Assembly (NCBI GenBank): GCA_963740825.1
Contig: CAVUFD010000002.1
Span: 968,944 to 1,032,943, forward strand
Direction of reading: 5' to 3'
DNA length: 64,000 bases
Source of the DNA: an uncultured Chloroflexia bacterium
GTDB lineage: Bacteria > Chloroflexota > Limnocylindria > Limnocylindrales > CSP1-4
A program made the position numbers and the translations under genes. Positions 47,120-56,542 of the stretch are shown one piece after another. The notes below the pieces were generated by a model. The model did not search any database. It was not told the DNA's origin and saw only the letters and a program-made list of their open reading frames with translations. Each line of letters opens with the position of its first letter. The stretch's first letter is position 1.

Positions 47120-47692
47120 TCAATGGAGCCCGTCGCTGCCGACGGCGTCCTCGGCCTTGAGGCCGCCCACGCGGGCGTGCGGCCGGCCGCCGTTGGTCAC
47201 GGCCAGCGCGACCAGCAGCTCGTCGGCCATCGGCGCGTCGGGGACGCAGATCTCCATCGCGTCGAAATGGGATCGGACGAGCATCGCCTTGACGTGGTGG
47301 ACGGGGATGTCGAGGTGGCTGCCGATGCCACCGCGCTTCTTGACCGACGGCAGGATCGAGACGCCATCCACGAGGCTGCGGACGGGTGCCCCGAACTTGG
47401 GGTGGAGCACCGCCGCGACGTGCTCGAGCTCGCCGTGCTCACCGACGATGCCGCCTTTGCCATATGCCTCCACCTGGTCGCCCAGGGCCGCCTTGCACCG
47501 CCGCATCAGCTCGTCGCCCAGGGTCTCGCCGGCGTCGATGAGCTGGGAGATGTCCTCGGAGTAGACGCCGGCATACGGGTTGTTCAGCACCGCGGCGACG
47601 GCGACGCGGCGCAGCGGCCTCTCGAGGTCGCGGCAGCCCTCGCTGTGGATCTCCTCCGTGAACGTGACCCATTTGCGGACGTCGACGGCCAC
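47120..47692 (-). CDS. Amino acid synthesis family protein (DUF1185)
   Basis: AAVLNNPYAG, AYGKGGIVG..GELEH, VRSHFD, PHARVG. Confidence 0.9.
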   Translation of the reverse strand: MAVDVRKWVTFTEEIHSEGCRDLERPLRRVAVAAVLNNPYAGVYSEDISQLIDAGETLGDELMRRCKAALGDQVEAYGKGGIVGEHGELEHVAAVLHPKFGAPVRSLVDGVSILPSVKKRGGIGSHLDIPVHHVKAMLVRSHFDAMEICVPDAPMADELLVALAVTNGGRPHARVGGLKAEDAVGSDGLH

Positions 47693-47878
47693 GCCTGCTC
47701 ACCTCTTCCGATGCTGTGCGGGAGCGATCCGTTGATCATCCGGGGTCGCACGGCCTCCGTGCAAGGCGACGAACGACGCAGGGCGCCGCCGCCAGTGGCG
47801 GGGATTGAACCTGCAGCCTCCTTGGACCACCTTTAGTCGGCGAAGCGCCCAACCAGGGCGTCGCAGACGAGGGGCCTG

Positions 47879-48430
47879 ATGCGGGCACCGCTGGTGGAGC
47901 GAGCGAGGCAGGGCGACGACGTCGCCTTCGGCGAGCTCGTCGACGCCGACGGGGACCGCTGCTTCGCGATCGCCTATCGGATCCTGCGCGATCACGAAGC
48001 CGCCCAGGACGCCGTGCAGCAGGCATTCCTGCTGGCGTGGCGGGACCTGCCCAAGCTGCGGGACGTCGAGCGCTACGACGTCTGGCTGCATCGCCTGCTC
48101 GTGAACGCATGCTACGAGGAATCCCGCCGCCAGCGACGGTGGACGAGCCGGATCAAGGTGCTGCCGGTCGACGGACCGGAGGTGCCAGATTCGACGGTCT
48201 CGGTCGACGACCGCGACCTCCTCGATCGCGCGTTCGCGCGACTCACTCCGCAGCACCGCGCGGTGTTCGTGCTCCACCACTACGCCGGGCTGCCGGTCGC
48301 CACGATCGCCCAGGTCGTCGGCGTCCCGGTCGGCACGGTCAAGTCCCGTCTTCACCACGCGACCCGCTCCCTGCGAGCGTCGGTCGCCGTCGATTCCATC
48401 CTCGACTCAGCGGAGATCCAGTCGGCATGA
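47879..48430 (+). CDS. ECF sigma factor (copy 1)
   Basis: GDDVAF, AQDAVQQAFL, WLHRLLVNAC, GTVKSRLHHA. Confidence 0.95.
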   Translation: MRAPLVERARQGDDVAFGELVDADGDRCFAIAYRILRDHEAAQDAVQQAFLLAWRDLPKLRDVERYDVWLHRLLVNACYEESRRQRRWTSRIKVLPVDGPEVPDSTVSVDDRDLLDRAFARLTPQHRAVFVLHHYAGLPVATIAQVVGVPVGTVKSRLHHATRSLRASVAVDSILDSAEIQSA

Positions 48431-49821
48431 GCGCGCCCCGTGATCCGGACGTCGTCCTGGCCGCATGGCTGGACGACGGCCCGGCGGAACTTCCGTCCTC
48501 GACGCGACGCGCGATCTCGACTGCCGTCCGGACGACACCCCAGGCGCGAGCCGGCTTCGGCTTGCCCGCGTGGAGGCCAACCCAGATGTCCCGATTCCTC
48601 ATGCTTGCCAGCGTCGCCGCGGTCATCGCGGTGGCCGTCGGCGTGTTCGCCAACGCCGCGCCGCGGCCCTCCGGCGTCATTGGCGTGCCCGCCGTGACGC
48701 CGGACACGGCGACACCCTCGCCGTCGCCGTTCATCAGCACGGCTGACTGGCTGCCGCTCTCGTCCACGCGGTACGGCTACGAGATCGCTTATCCGCCCAA
48801 TTGGACTGCCCGTCAGTCGGTCAGAGCCTGGTCCATCGACTACGACAAGAACGCCTGGAACAGCCCGGCGGCCGACCACCTCGACGGGGGGGATGTGCTC
48901 GTCACCGCGTTCGCGGCGGACATCCCGCCGGGGACATCCGCCGATGCGTGGATCTCGTCCTACCTCTCGCCGGAGCCCGTCGGCGAGGGATCGCCTTCGC
49001 CGTGCACCCACACGTCGATCACGCTTGCGACGACGCAGGTCGACGGGCATCCCGTCGCCTTCTGGCGGGAGGATGCAGCGGAGGGCTGCGCGGGCACCTT
49101 CGCCTTCGTTGTCGTTGACGGACGTATCCATGTCTTCAGCATCTGGCGGAGCGGTCGGGACGCGTTGCTCGAGGCCATGCTCTCGACGGTCACCTTCGGA
49201 ACGGGCGCGCTCGACACGTCCACCTGGACGACCTACAGCTCGGCCCGGTACACCTTCGGGAACGACCCAACGATCGGACACCCCGCGGACTGGGTCGTGC
49301 GCCCGAGCGACCACGACTGGACCTTCGATTCGGACGGACTCGATCCGGCGAGCACGGGTCTCGAGTCGTTCACCAACCCCGAGGACACCGTGCGCGTGAG
49401 TGCCTGGAACGTCCCGAGGGCTCCGTCCGAAGGAGAGATGTATGGCGCCACTGCGTCGGACGGATGGCGGAACGTCGAGCCGTGGGTCCAGTCGTACTGC
49501 GAGCGGACCGGCGACACACCCTGTACGGGCATCCACCAGCGAGCCGTGCCGCTGTGCCTCGAGAACAGGGATTGCCATCCGGGCCTCCTGGTGCCGTTCC
49601 AGAACGACGTCCAGGCGTTCTTCACGAACGGGGGTAAGGGCGCGCCGATGACGGTGGTGGCCGTCTGGCGGGGACCGACCGATCCGACCACGGCGCCGTA
49701 CGGCGGTTCGCGGCAGCTCCTCGAGGCCTTCCTGTCGACCATGGACGTGCAGGCCACCGAGGAGTCGCCCTTCCAGGAATCGCGCGACGCCGCCGCCAGC
49801 TTCGCGGCGAGCGCCCCCTAG
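48427..49821 (+). CDS. Membrane anti-sigma-like protein (copy 1) with duplicated extracytoplasmic module
   Basis: ATGA-coupled to sigma; AAWLDDGP, TM, PT linker; two W-x-x-x-SS-x-RY...P-x-x-W repeats. Confidence 0.75.
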   Translation: MSAPRDPDVVLAAWLDDGPAELPSSTRRAISTAVRTTPQARAGFGLPAWRPTQMSRFLMLASVAAVIAVAVGVFANAAPRPSGVIGVPAVTPDTATPSPSPFISTADWLPLSSTRYGYEIAYPPNWTARQSVRAWSIDYDKNAWNSPAADHLDGGDVLVTAFAADIPPGTSADAWISSYLSPEPVGEGSPSPCTHTSITLATTQVDGHPVAFWREDAAEGCAGTFAFVVVDGRIHVFSIWRSGRDALLEAMLSTVTFGTGALDTSTWTTYSSARYTFGNDPTIGHPADWVVRPSDHDWTFDSDGLDPASTGLESFTNPEDTVRVSAWNVPRAPSEGEMYGATASDGWRNVEPWVQSYCERTGDTPCTGIHQRAVPLCLENRDCHPGLLVPFQNDVQAFFTNGGKGAPMTVVAVWRGPTDPTTAPYGGSRQLLEAFLSTMDVQATEESPFQESRDAAASFAASAP

Positions 49822-49822
49822 C

Positions 49823-51046
49823 TCAGTCCGGGAACGCCTCCGGCCCGCGCTCGGACAGCTCGCGCGCGTGCGCCTCGGCGTCCTCGGGCGGCAGCCATGA
49901 ATAGGGGTAGTTCGGGTCGTCGAGGTCCATGGCCGCCTGCGTGACGTGCAGCGGGTGGAACGTGTCCACCATCACCGCGAGCTCCTCGGTCGCCTCCTTG
50001 CCTATCGATGCCTCGGCGGTGCCCGGGTGCGGGCCGTGCGGGATCCCGGCCGGGTGGAGGGTGAACGAGGCGATGTCGACCCCACGCCGGCTCATGAAGT
50101 TGCCGGCGACGTAGTAGATGACCTCGTCGCTGTTGATGTTCGAGTGGTTGTAGGGCGCCGGGATCGCGAGCGGGTGGTAGTCGAACTTGCGGGGCACGAA
50201 CGAGCACACGACGAAGTTCCGGGCCTGGAACGTCTGGTGGACGGGCGGGGGCTGGTGCACCCGGCCCGTGATCGGCTGGAAGTCCGCGATGTCGAACCGG
50301 AACGGCCACAGGTAGCCGTCCCAGCCGACGACGTCGAACGGGTGGTGCCGATAGTGGTAGGCCGTGATGCGGTCGCTCGAGCGGACGTCGATGACGTAGT
50401 CGCCGTGCTCGTCGAGCGGCTCGCGGAACTCGGGCGAGTGGAGGTCGCGCTGCCCGTACGGCGAGTGCTCCAGCAGCTGCCCATAGTCGTTGCGGTAGCG
50501 CTTGGGCGGCTCGATCTCGGAGGGCGCCTCGAGGTACAGGATCCGCTGGTCGGAGCCCGGGTCCGGATCCAGCCGCCACGTGGTGCCGATCGGCAGCACC
50601 AGGTAGTCGCCGGGGTGGTAGGCGAGGTCGCCGAAGACCGTCCGGCAGACACCCGTTCCTTCGTGGACGAACAGCATCTCGTCCGCGATCCCGTTGCGAT
50701 AGAAGCGGTTCTCGGGCATCGGCCCGGCCGGTCGGACGATCCCGAACACCACGTCGTGGTTGAAGTACAGCGGGACCCGGCCGGTGAGCACGTCGCCCTT
50801 CGGGGGGACGGCGCCGGTGTTCGTGAGGCGGTGGCGATGGAGGCCGTCGTCCGCCGCCTGGAGGTCGATCCGCGGGCCCGGTTCGAGGTGGTGCGTCCGC
50901 GTCGGCGGCGTCAGGTGGTAGAGGAGGGAGCTTCGCCCGGTGAACCCCTCGACCCCGAACAGCTCCTCCGCGTGCAGGCTCCCGTCGGCCGCCCGGTGCT
51001 GGGTGTGCCGCGTGGGCGGGATGGAGCCTCGCGAGACGTAGTACAT
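49823..51046 (-). CDS. hmgA: Homogentisate 1,2-dioxygenase
   Basis: EGF.G.SSLLYH, GWDG, HQPPPVH, PYNHSN.NSDE, HP.G.PHGP, VMVDT. Confidence 0.95.
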   Translation of the reverse strand: MYYVSRGSIPPTRHTQHRAADGSLHAEELFGVEGFTGRSSLLYHLTPPTRTHHLEPGPRIDLQAADDGLHRHRLTNTGAVPPKGDVLTGRVPLYFNHDVVFGIVRPAGPMPENRFYRNGIADEMLFVHEGTGVCRTVFGDLAYHPGDYLVLPIGTTWRLDPDPGSDQRILYLEAPSEIEPPKRYRNDYGQLLEHSPYGQRDLHSPEFREPLDEHGDYVIDVRSSDRITAYHYRHHPFDVVGWDGYLWPFRFDIADFQPITGRVHQPPPVHQTFQARNFVVCSFVPRKFDYHPLAIPAPYNHSNINSDEVIYYVAGNFMSRRGVDIASFTLHPAGIPHGPHPGTAEASIGKEATEELAVMVDTFHPLHVTQAAMDLDDPNYPYSWLPPEDAEAHARELSERGPEAFPD

Positions 51047-51050
51047 GCGC

Positions 51051-51081
51051 GACTGGCCTCCTCGGGGTGAGGAGGCCAGTC
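51051..51081. promoter_or_regulatory. 13-bp perfect hairpin covering the hmgA SD
   Basis: GACTGGCCTCCTC-ggggt-GAGGAGGCCAGTC; minus-strand GAGGAGG is 10 nt from ATG. Confidence 0.7.
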
Positions 51082-51091
51082 TACCGACGCG

Positions 51092-51801
51092 TTACGGCTG
51101 GCGGACGAACGGGCCGGACTTCTCGAAAACGACGCCCCTGACGAATGCCTCGACGGCGCTGGGTGCCGGCGACACCGCGTGGACCGTGAACTCCGCCGAG
51201 CCAGGTTCGCCCCGACCGACGTCGAACTCGATCCTGCCGTTCGACCACCGCGCGTAGATCCGCCGGCCGTCGACCGGATCGATTGTCCATGTCTCCGGGC
51301 TGAACGCCTCATCGACGCCGGTGCTCACGATCCACTGATTCCCGCGGACCTCCATCTTCGTTCGGAACGTGTGCCGCCGCGGATGCCCAGGATCGTGTCG
51401 ATGATGGCGTCCCTCTCGCTCTGGGCGAGGGTCGGGTCGTCCGCGAGGCGAGCGAGGATGCCTGCCACCGGCTGCGGCGTCCCCAGGTACACGCCATCGG
51501 GGATGATCTGGCTCGGTGCGGGTGTCGGCGGCGGCGCCCCCGCGACCCGGCTGTCCGTCCGGGACGCGATGAGCAGCCCGCCGACGGTGGCGGCCACGAC
51601 GATCGCGGTGGCCGCCCCGAACAGGGCGATGCGATTCATGGTCTGAAACCTCCGGGGCACGCGCGAGGCGCGCCGCTGTAGGATCGAGGGGAACGCCGCC
51701 AGCACGGTGCTGAGCACCGGCGACGGGGCGATGTCGGGATCGGCCTCGAGCCAGTCCGCGACGCTGGGCTCGAAGTCGGGGTCAGTCGGGTATCGGCTCA
51801 T
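51092..51801 (-). pseudogene. Anti-sigma-like protein (copy 2) with apparent 1-nt deletion near 51369
   Basis: MSRYPTDPDF...WLEADP...TM; continues in the frame of ORF 51092-51355 (FRTKMEVRGNQW). Confidence 0.7.
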
Positions 51802-52365
51802 GCCGGTCGCTCCTCGGACGTCGCGAGCGAGCGTCCGTCGTGGTCGAGCACGGCCCGCAGCTGACGGACCGCGTAGTGGAGTCGGGACCGCGCGGTCCCT
51901 TCGGGGATGCCCAGGGTCACCGCGATCTCCGTGAGCGGATACCCCAGGTGGTGGTGCAGGACGACGACCGCCCGCTGCTCCGGTGTCAGCCGGCGGAAGG
52001 CGCCTTCGAGCTCGTCCCGGGCGGCGACGGAGCGCGCCACGTCCGGTTCGAGCGAGGTGTCGGTGGGGATGACCCGGATGCGCGCGACCCACCGCCGTTC
52101 GGTGCGGGCCTCTGCGTAACACGCATTGACGACCAGGCGGTGCAGCCAGGCGGTGCAGCCAGGCGTCGAAGCGCTCGGGGTCGCGCAGCGTCGGGAGGTC
52201 GCGCCAGGCGCCGAGCAGCGCCTGCTGCGAGGCATCCTGGGCGCGATGCGGGTCGCGCAGGATCCGGTACGCGAGCCGGTAGCAGCCGTCGACGGACTCG
52301 GCCGCCAAGGCCGCGAAGGCCTCCTGGTCGCCGCCCATCGCCCGCTCCACCAGCCCCACTCGCAT
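51798..52365 (-). pseudogene. ECF sigma factor (copy 2) frameshifted by a 13-bp tandem duplication
   Basis: GDQEAF...FDAWLHRL in one frame, VVNACY...GTARSRLHYA in another. Confidence 0.9.
52133..52165. repeat. 13-bp tandem duplication, CCAGGCGGTGCAG x2 + CCAGGCG
   Basis: Read directly from the sequence. Confidence 0.95.
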
Positions 52366-52435
52366 CGGGATCCTCGGGTGTCGCGCGACCCTCCGGCCGC
52401 GTCACCGAGTATGGAGCCGGCTCGGGCAGATTCGT

Positions 52436-53554
52436 TCAGCCCCTGACGTCGGCACCCCGGTCGAGCCGGATCCGGACCCTGACCGTCCGATCGGCGCGAA
52501 CGGTCACGTCCGCGCGACCCACGACGACCCAGCCTGCATCGCGGGGCAGCGGTGCCTCGATCACCATCGTGTGCTCGCCGACCTGGCACGGGACCTGGAA
52601 CCGGCCGTCGTCGCCCACGCCGTAGCCCATGTCGCCACCGCCGCAGGAGCCCGGGCCATCGCTGCGGCCATCGACCATCAGGTTGTTGTAGCCGGGCGCC
52701 GATCCGTCGGCGAGCGTGACGATTCCCCGGACGGTGCCGAACGGCAGCAGGGCGGCCCCGGTGCCGTCCGACACGACCTCGAGCATCTCGGGCGCGATGC
52801 CCAGCGCCTTGACGTAGTGGTCGACGATGTGGCGCGGCGCATCCGGGTTGGCGCTCGAGATCTCGACCTCGACCACGTTGCGGACGATGTCCACGCCGAC
52901 CCCTTCGCCCTTCGCGTCGAGCTCCGCGAACCAGCTCCAGTCGATCTGATCCTGCACCGCCCGCAGCTCGCGCTCCGACCACCGGACCTGGCGGGCGACG
53001 ATCGGCTTGGCGACGGCGCCGACCTCGTTGAGCGCGGCGAGATGGCCCTCCGGGTCGGCGGTCCAGAGGGTGACGACGACGTGGTTCGGCTGGTCGGTGT
53101 ACACGCCGCCGAACTGGTCTACGTGCGACGCCGCGTACCGCCGGACGAATTCGACGGCAGCCTCGTAGGCGTGCTGGCGGCTGCCGAACTCGGCCTCTTC
53201 TTCCGGAAGCATGGGGACGTCCAGCGCCTCCATCCGGGCGCGCGGATCGGCGGCAACCTGCTCCACCCAGGCGAGGTCGGAGCGCAGGCCGAAGAGCTGC
53301 CGCTGGCGCATGGCGTATTCGATGTCCGCGGGCAGCCCCGACGGGATCGGCTCGAGCGATGCCGCTGGATCCGGGGCCTCGGATGGCGATGGCACCGCCG
53401 GCGATGCCGTCGCTGCCTCGAGCGAGGTTGGTGCCACCGACATCGGCGAACCCGGCGACGCCGCGCGGCTGCAGCCGATCAGGGCGATGCCGGTCGCGAC
53501 GAACAGCGGGACGGTCATGCCGACCCGTCGCCTCGAGCTGACGCGATCGTTCAT
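52436..53554 (-). CDS. Lipoprotein, paralog 1 (protease-prodomain-like region + beta-sandwich)
   Basis: ALIGC lipobox; GLRSDLAWV, FGGVY, GVGVDIVRNVVEVEISSANP. Confidence 0.75.
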   Translation of the reverse strand: MNDRVSSRRRVGMTVPLFVATGIALIGCSRAASPGSPMSVAPTSLEAATASPAVPSPSEAPDPAASLEPIPSGLPADIEYAMRQRQLFGLRSDLAWVEQVAADPRARMEALDVPMLPEEEAEFGSRQHAYEAAVEFVRRYAASHVDQFGGVYTDQPNHVVVTLWTADPEGHLAALNEVGAVAKPIVARQVRWSERELRAVQDQIDWSWFAELDAKGEGVGVDIVRNVVEVEISSANPDAPRHIVDHYVKALGIAPEMLEVVSDGTGAALLPFGTVRGIVTLADGSAPGYNNLMVDGRSDGPGSCGGGDMGYGVGDDGRFQVPCQVGEHTMVIEAPLPRDAGWVVVGRADVTVRADRTVRVRIRLDRGADVRG

Positions 53555-53557
53555 TGT

Positions 53558-54712
53558 CTAGCCCTTGATGTCCGCGCCCGGAACGAGTCGGATCCGGAGA
53601 TTGGTCGTCTCGTCGGCGCGGACCGTGAATGTGGCCTCGCCGACGGTCACCATCTCCTCGGGCCGCAGGTAGTAGATGTTGTCGAAGCGAGCATCCGGAC
53701 CCGGCGCCCGCAGGCTGATCGTCCAGTCGCCGCGCGTGCAGAGCAGGGTCAGGTGGCCGGTGCGGGCGACTCCGGGGCCCGAGATCCCGGGCGGGACGCA
53801 CGCGCCGGCGTGCTCGGGCGTTGTCTGGACGAGCTGGTCGTTCGGACCCGGACGTTTCCCATCGGCAGTGACGACGGTGGCCTCGAGGGTGCCGCTCGAC
53901 ATGAGCGCGACGCCGGTTCCATCCGATTCGACCTCGATCATCTCGGGTGGAATCCCGAGCTCCTTGGCGTAGTGATCGGCGATGAGGCGCGGCGCCTTGG
54001 GGTTGGCGCTCGAGATCTCGACCTCGACCACATTTCCCTCGATGTGGGCGCCCACGCCCTGGGGATCAGCGTCGATCCGCTTGAACCAGTCCCAGCTGCG
54101 ACTGATCTTCCTCTTGACCGCGTTGAGCTCGGTGAGCGACCAGCGGACCGGCAACGCGACGATCGGCGCGTCCTGGCCGGCGATGTCGAGCATCGCGGCG
54201 AGATGAGCGTCGACGTTCCGCGTCCAGAGCGTGGCGATTCGGTCGTTCAGGTTGTCGAGATAGAGCCCGCCGAACTCGGCCTCGTGGTCTGAGGCGTAGC
54301 GATTCACGAGGCCGACAAATGGCTGGACTCCAGACTGGCGGGCCAGCATCGACGCCTCCTCGGACGGGACCATCGGAAATCCCCAGTAGCGCTGGGATGT
54401 GGGATCGGCGTCGACCTGGAGGATCCACTCCACGTCCGCCCGGAGGCCCATCTGTCGTCGCTCGACGATGGCGTTGGCGACCCAGTCCGGCACGGCCGAT
54501 GGCATGGGTTCGGGCGTTGGCGATGCCTCGGCCAATGGCGCGGCCGCGACGACCGACGGCGATGGCGCAGCCTCGATGGTCGGCACGTGCGATGCAAGCG
54601 CCGCTCCGGTCGCGATGGCGGAGGCGTCGGGCTGGCTGCAGCCCGCGACGAGCACGATGGTCGCGAGCCAGCCGCCGAGCGCCAATCGACCGAGGAGCGA
54701 TCGAGACCTCAT
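53558..54712 (-). CDS. Lipoprotein, paralog 2
   Basis: LVAGC lipobox; GLRADVEWI, FGGLY, GVGAHIEGNVVEVEISSANP. Confidence 0.75.
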   Translation of the reverse strand: MRSRSLLGRLALGGWLATIVLVAGCSQPDASAIATGAALASHVPTIEAAPSPSVVAAAPLAEASPTPEPMPSAVPDWVANAIVERRQMGLRADVEWILQVDADPTSQRYWGFPMVPSEEASMLARQSGVQPFVGLVNRYASDHEAEFGGLYLDNLNDRIATLWTRNVDAHLAAMLDIAGQDAPIVALPVRWSLTELNAVKRKISRSWDWFKRIDADPQGVGAHIEGNVVEVEISSANPKAPRLIADHYAKELGIPPEMIEVESDGTGVALMSSGTLEATVVTADGKRPGPNDQLVQTTPEHAGACVPPGISGPGVARTGHLTLLCTRGDWTISLRAPGPDARFDNIYYLRPEEMVTVGEATFTVRADETTNLRIRLVPGADIKG

Positions 54713-54775
54713 CGCCGGGACCCTCCGAGCGGACGTTCCCGGCTACGACCCGCGAGGGGACCCGTGCGTGACGCG

Positions 54776-55429
54776 TCAGGCCGGTTGGGAAGTTCCTGCG
54801 GAGGCCGGATCGTCGAAGTCGAGGCGGACGAGGAGTCGCGGCAGGCCGGCGCTGCGGGCCGCCGTCTCGAGGACGCGGTGGAAGCCCGCCTGGTCGAACA
54901 TCGAGGCGATGCCGACGAACGCGAAGCCGACGTCGACGCGCCCGCCGGCCGGATCGATCGGGTACGCCTCGACGCCGGGCGCACCGGCCTCGCGGGCGGC
55001 CTGGACCACGTGCTCGAGCAGCGCCCGCGCGACGCCCCGCCGACGGTAGCCGACGCGGATCCGGAAGCAGCCGATCGCCCACACCGGCTCGTCGTCGATC
55101 GAGGGGATCGTCCTCGACCGGACGAGCCGCGGCGCCTCCGTGCGGACAACGACCCCGCACCAGCCGACCGGCTCGTCGCCGAGATAGGCGAGGAACCCGG
55201 GCGGCACGTCGAGCTCGAGCTGCGCCCGGAGCGCGGCCGGGCGGCTCCCGGGTGCCGCGGTGCCGTATCCGCTGGCCTGGCCTCGCCAGGGCTGGCACCA
55301 GCAACCCTTGTCGTCATCGCCCCCGAGGATCAGCGCGATGTCGTCCCAGCGATCGGCGGTGGCAGGAACGATAACCAGGTCGGCGGCGATGGATCGACCC
55401 TCGGACGCCTGTCGGCCCGTCGTGCTCAC
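54776..55429 (-). CDS. GNAT acetyltransferase
   Basis: CWC, VGWC, YRRRGVARALL, VEAYP, FDQAGF; GTGA-coupled to fahA. Confidence 0.85.
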   Translation of the reverse strand: MSTTGRQASEGRSIAADLVIVPATADRWDDIALILGGDDDKGCWCQPWRGQASGYGTAAPGSRPAALRAQLELDVPPGFLAYLGDEPVGWCGVVVRTEAPRLVRSRTIPSIDDEPVWAIGCFRIRVGYRRRGVARALLEHVVQAAREAGAPGVEAYPIDPAGGRVDVGFAFVGIASMFDQAGFHRVLETAARSAGLPRLLVRLDFDDPASAGTSQPA

Positions 55430-56451
55430 GACGGTCGCGCCACCACCGGCGTCACGAGCCGCCCCAGCCGCTCGATCTCCAGCACGACCTCGTCGCCCGG
55501 CTCCAGGTAGCGGCCGAGGGTCTCCTCCCGGATCTCGAGCAGGCAGCCGCCGCCGACGGTCCCGCTGCCGAGGATCTCGCCCGGACGCAGGTGCACGTCG
55601 GCCGAGGCCCGCGCCACCATCTGCCCGAACGCGTAGTGCGCGCTGGACCAGGTCCCGCTGGTGGTCTCGACCGACCGGCCATCGTGCGTCCGGACCGTCG
55701 CCACCATCGCGAGGTCCGGTCCCGTCGCGCCCGGAGACCGCCGGTCCGCGAGCTCGTCCGGCGTGACCAGCCACGGCCCGATGGAGACCCCGAAGTCCTT
55801 GCCCTTGGCCGGCCCGAGGCGGAGCACGCTCTCGTCGCGCTGGAGGTCGCGCGCGGACCAGTCGTTCAGCACGAAGTAGCCGCCGATCGCGTCCTCGCCG
55901 CGCTCCTCGGCGAGATCGATCGCCGGGGTGTCGATCAAGGCCCCGACCTCCAGCTCGTAGTCGAGCTCGGACGACTCGCGCGGCGCCCAGATGGGATCGC
56001 CGGCCCCGCGGAGCTCGGCCACGTTGGAGAAGTAGAAGATCGGCAGGCGGTACCACGCCTCGGGGATCGTCTGGTCGCGTCGCTCCCACATCGTGCGGAC
56101 GTGTCGCTCGAACGCGTAGAAGTCGCGGAACGATGGCGGGCGGAGGATCGGGGGGCCGAAGGCCAGGTCGGCGGCGTCGAAGACGGCGTCGTCGCCGTCG
56201 CGCGGGACGAAAGGCTCGACGAGGTCCGCCAGGCCGGCGATGCGCAGGCCGTTGCCGAGGTGGTCGTCGAGCGTGGTCACCGGCCGGCGGTGCAGGGCGC
56301 TGTCGTGGGCGAGGTTCGAGTTCGCGGCGATGGCGCGCCGGCGAGCGACCTCGAGGTCGACCCAGCGCAGGCCGCCGGAATCGAGCGCCGCCGCCAGGCG
56401 CCAGTCGGCCCCTGCGGCGGCATGTCGTTCCCGGACGTGGGCGAGACGCAT
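55426..56451 (-). CDS. fahA: Fumarylacetoacetate hydrolase family protein (probable fumarylacetoacetase)
   Basis: RDFYAFERH, PIFYFSN, LDYELE, NDWSARD.Q, KGKDF, GSGT; lies between hppD and hmgA. Confidence 0.8.
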   Translation of the reverse strand: MRLAHVRERHAAAGADWRLAAALDSGGLRWVDLEVARRRAIAANSNLAHDSALHRRPVTTLDDHLGNGLRIAGLADLVEPFVPRDGDDAVFDAADLAFGPPILRPPSFRDFYAFERHVRTMWERRDQTIPEAWYRLPIFYFSNVAELRGAGDPIWAPRESSELDYELEVGALIDTPAIDLAEERGEDAIGGYFVLNDWSARDLQRDESVLRLGPAKGKDFGVSIGPWLVTPDELADRRSPGATGPDLAMVATVRTHDGRSVETTSGTWSSAHYAFGQMVARASADVHLRPGEILGSGTVGGGCLLEIREETLGRYLEPGDEVVLEIERLGRLVTPVVARPS

Positions 56452-56542
56452 CGCCCGAGTCTAGCGAAGGATGCGGCGGGCCCGGATCGTCTCCGTCAGG
56501 TTCGCGATCCAGCCAGGCCCGCCGCGAGGAGCGGGATGTTGG

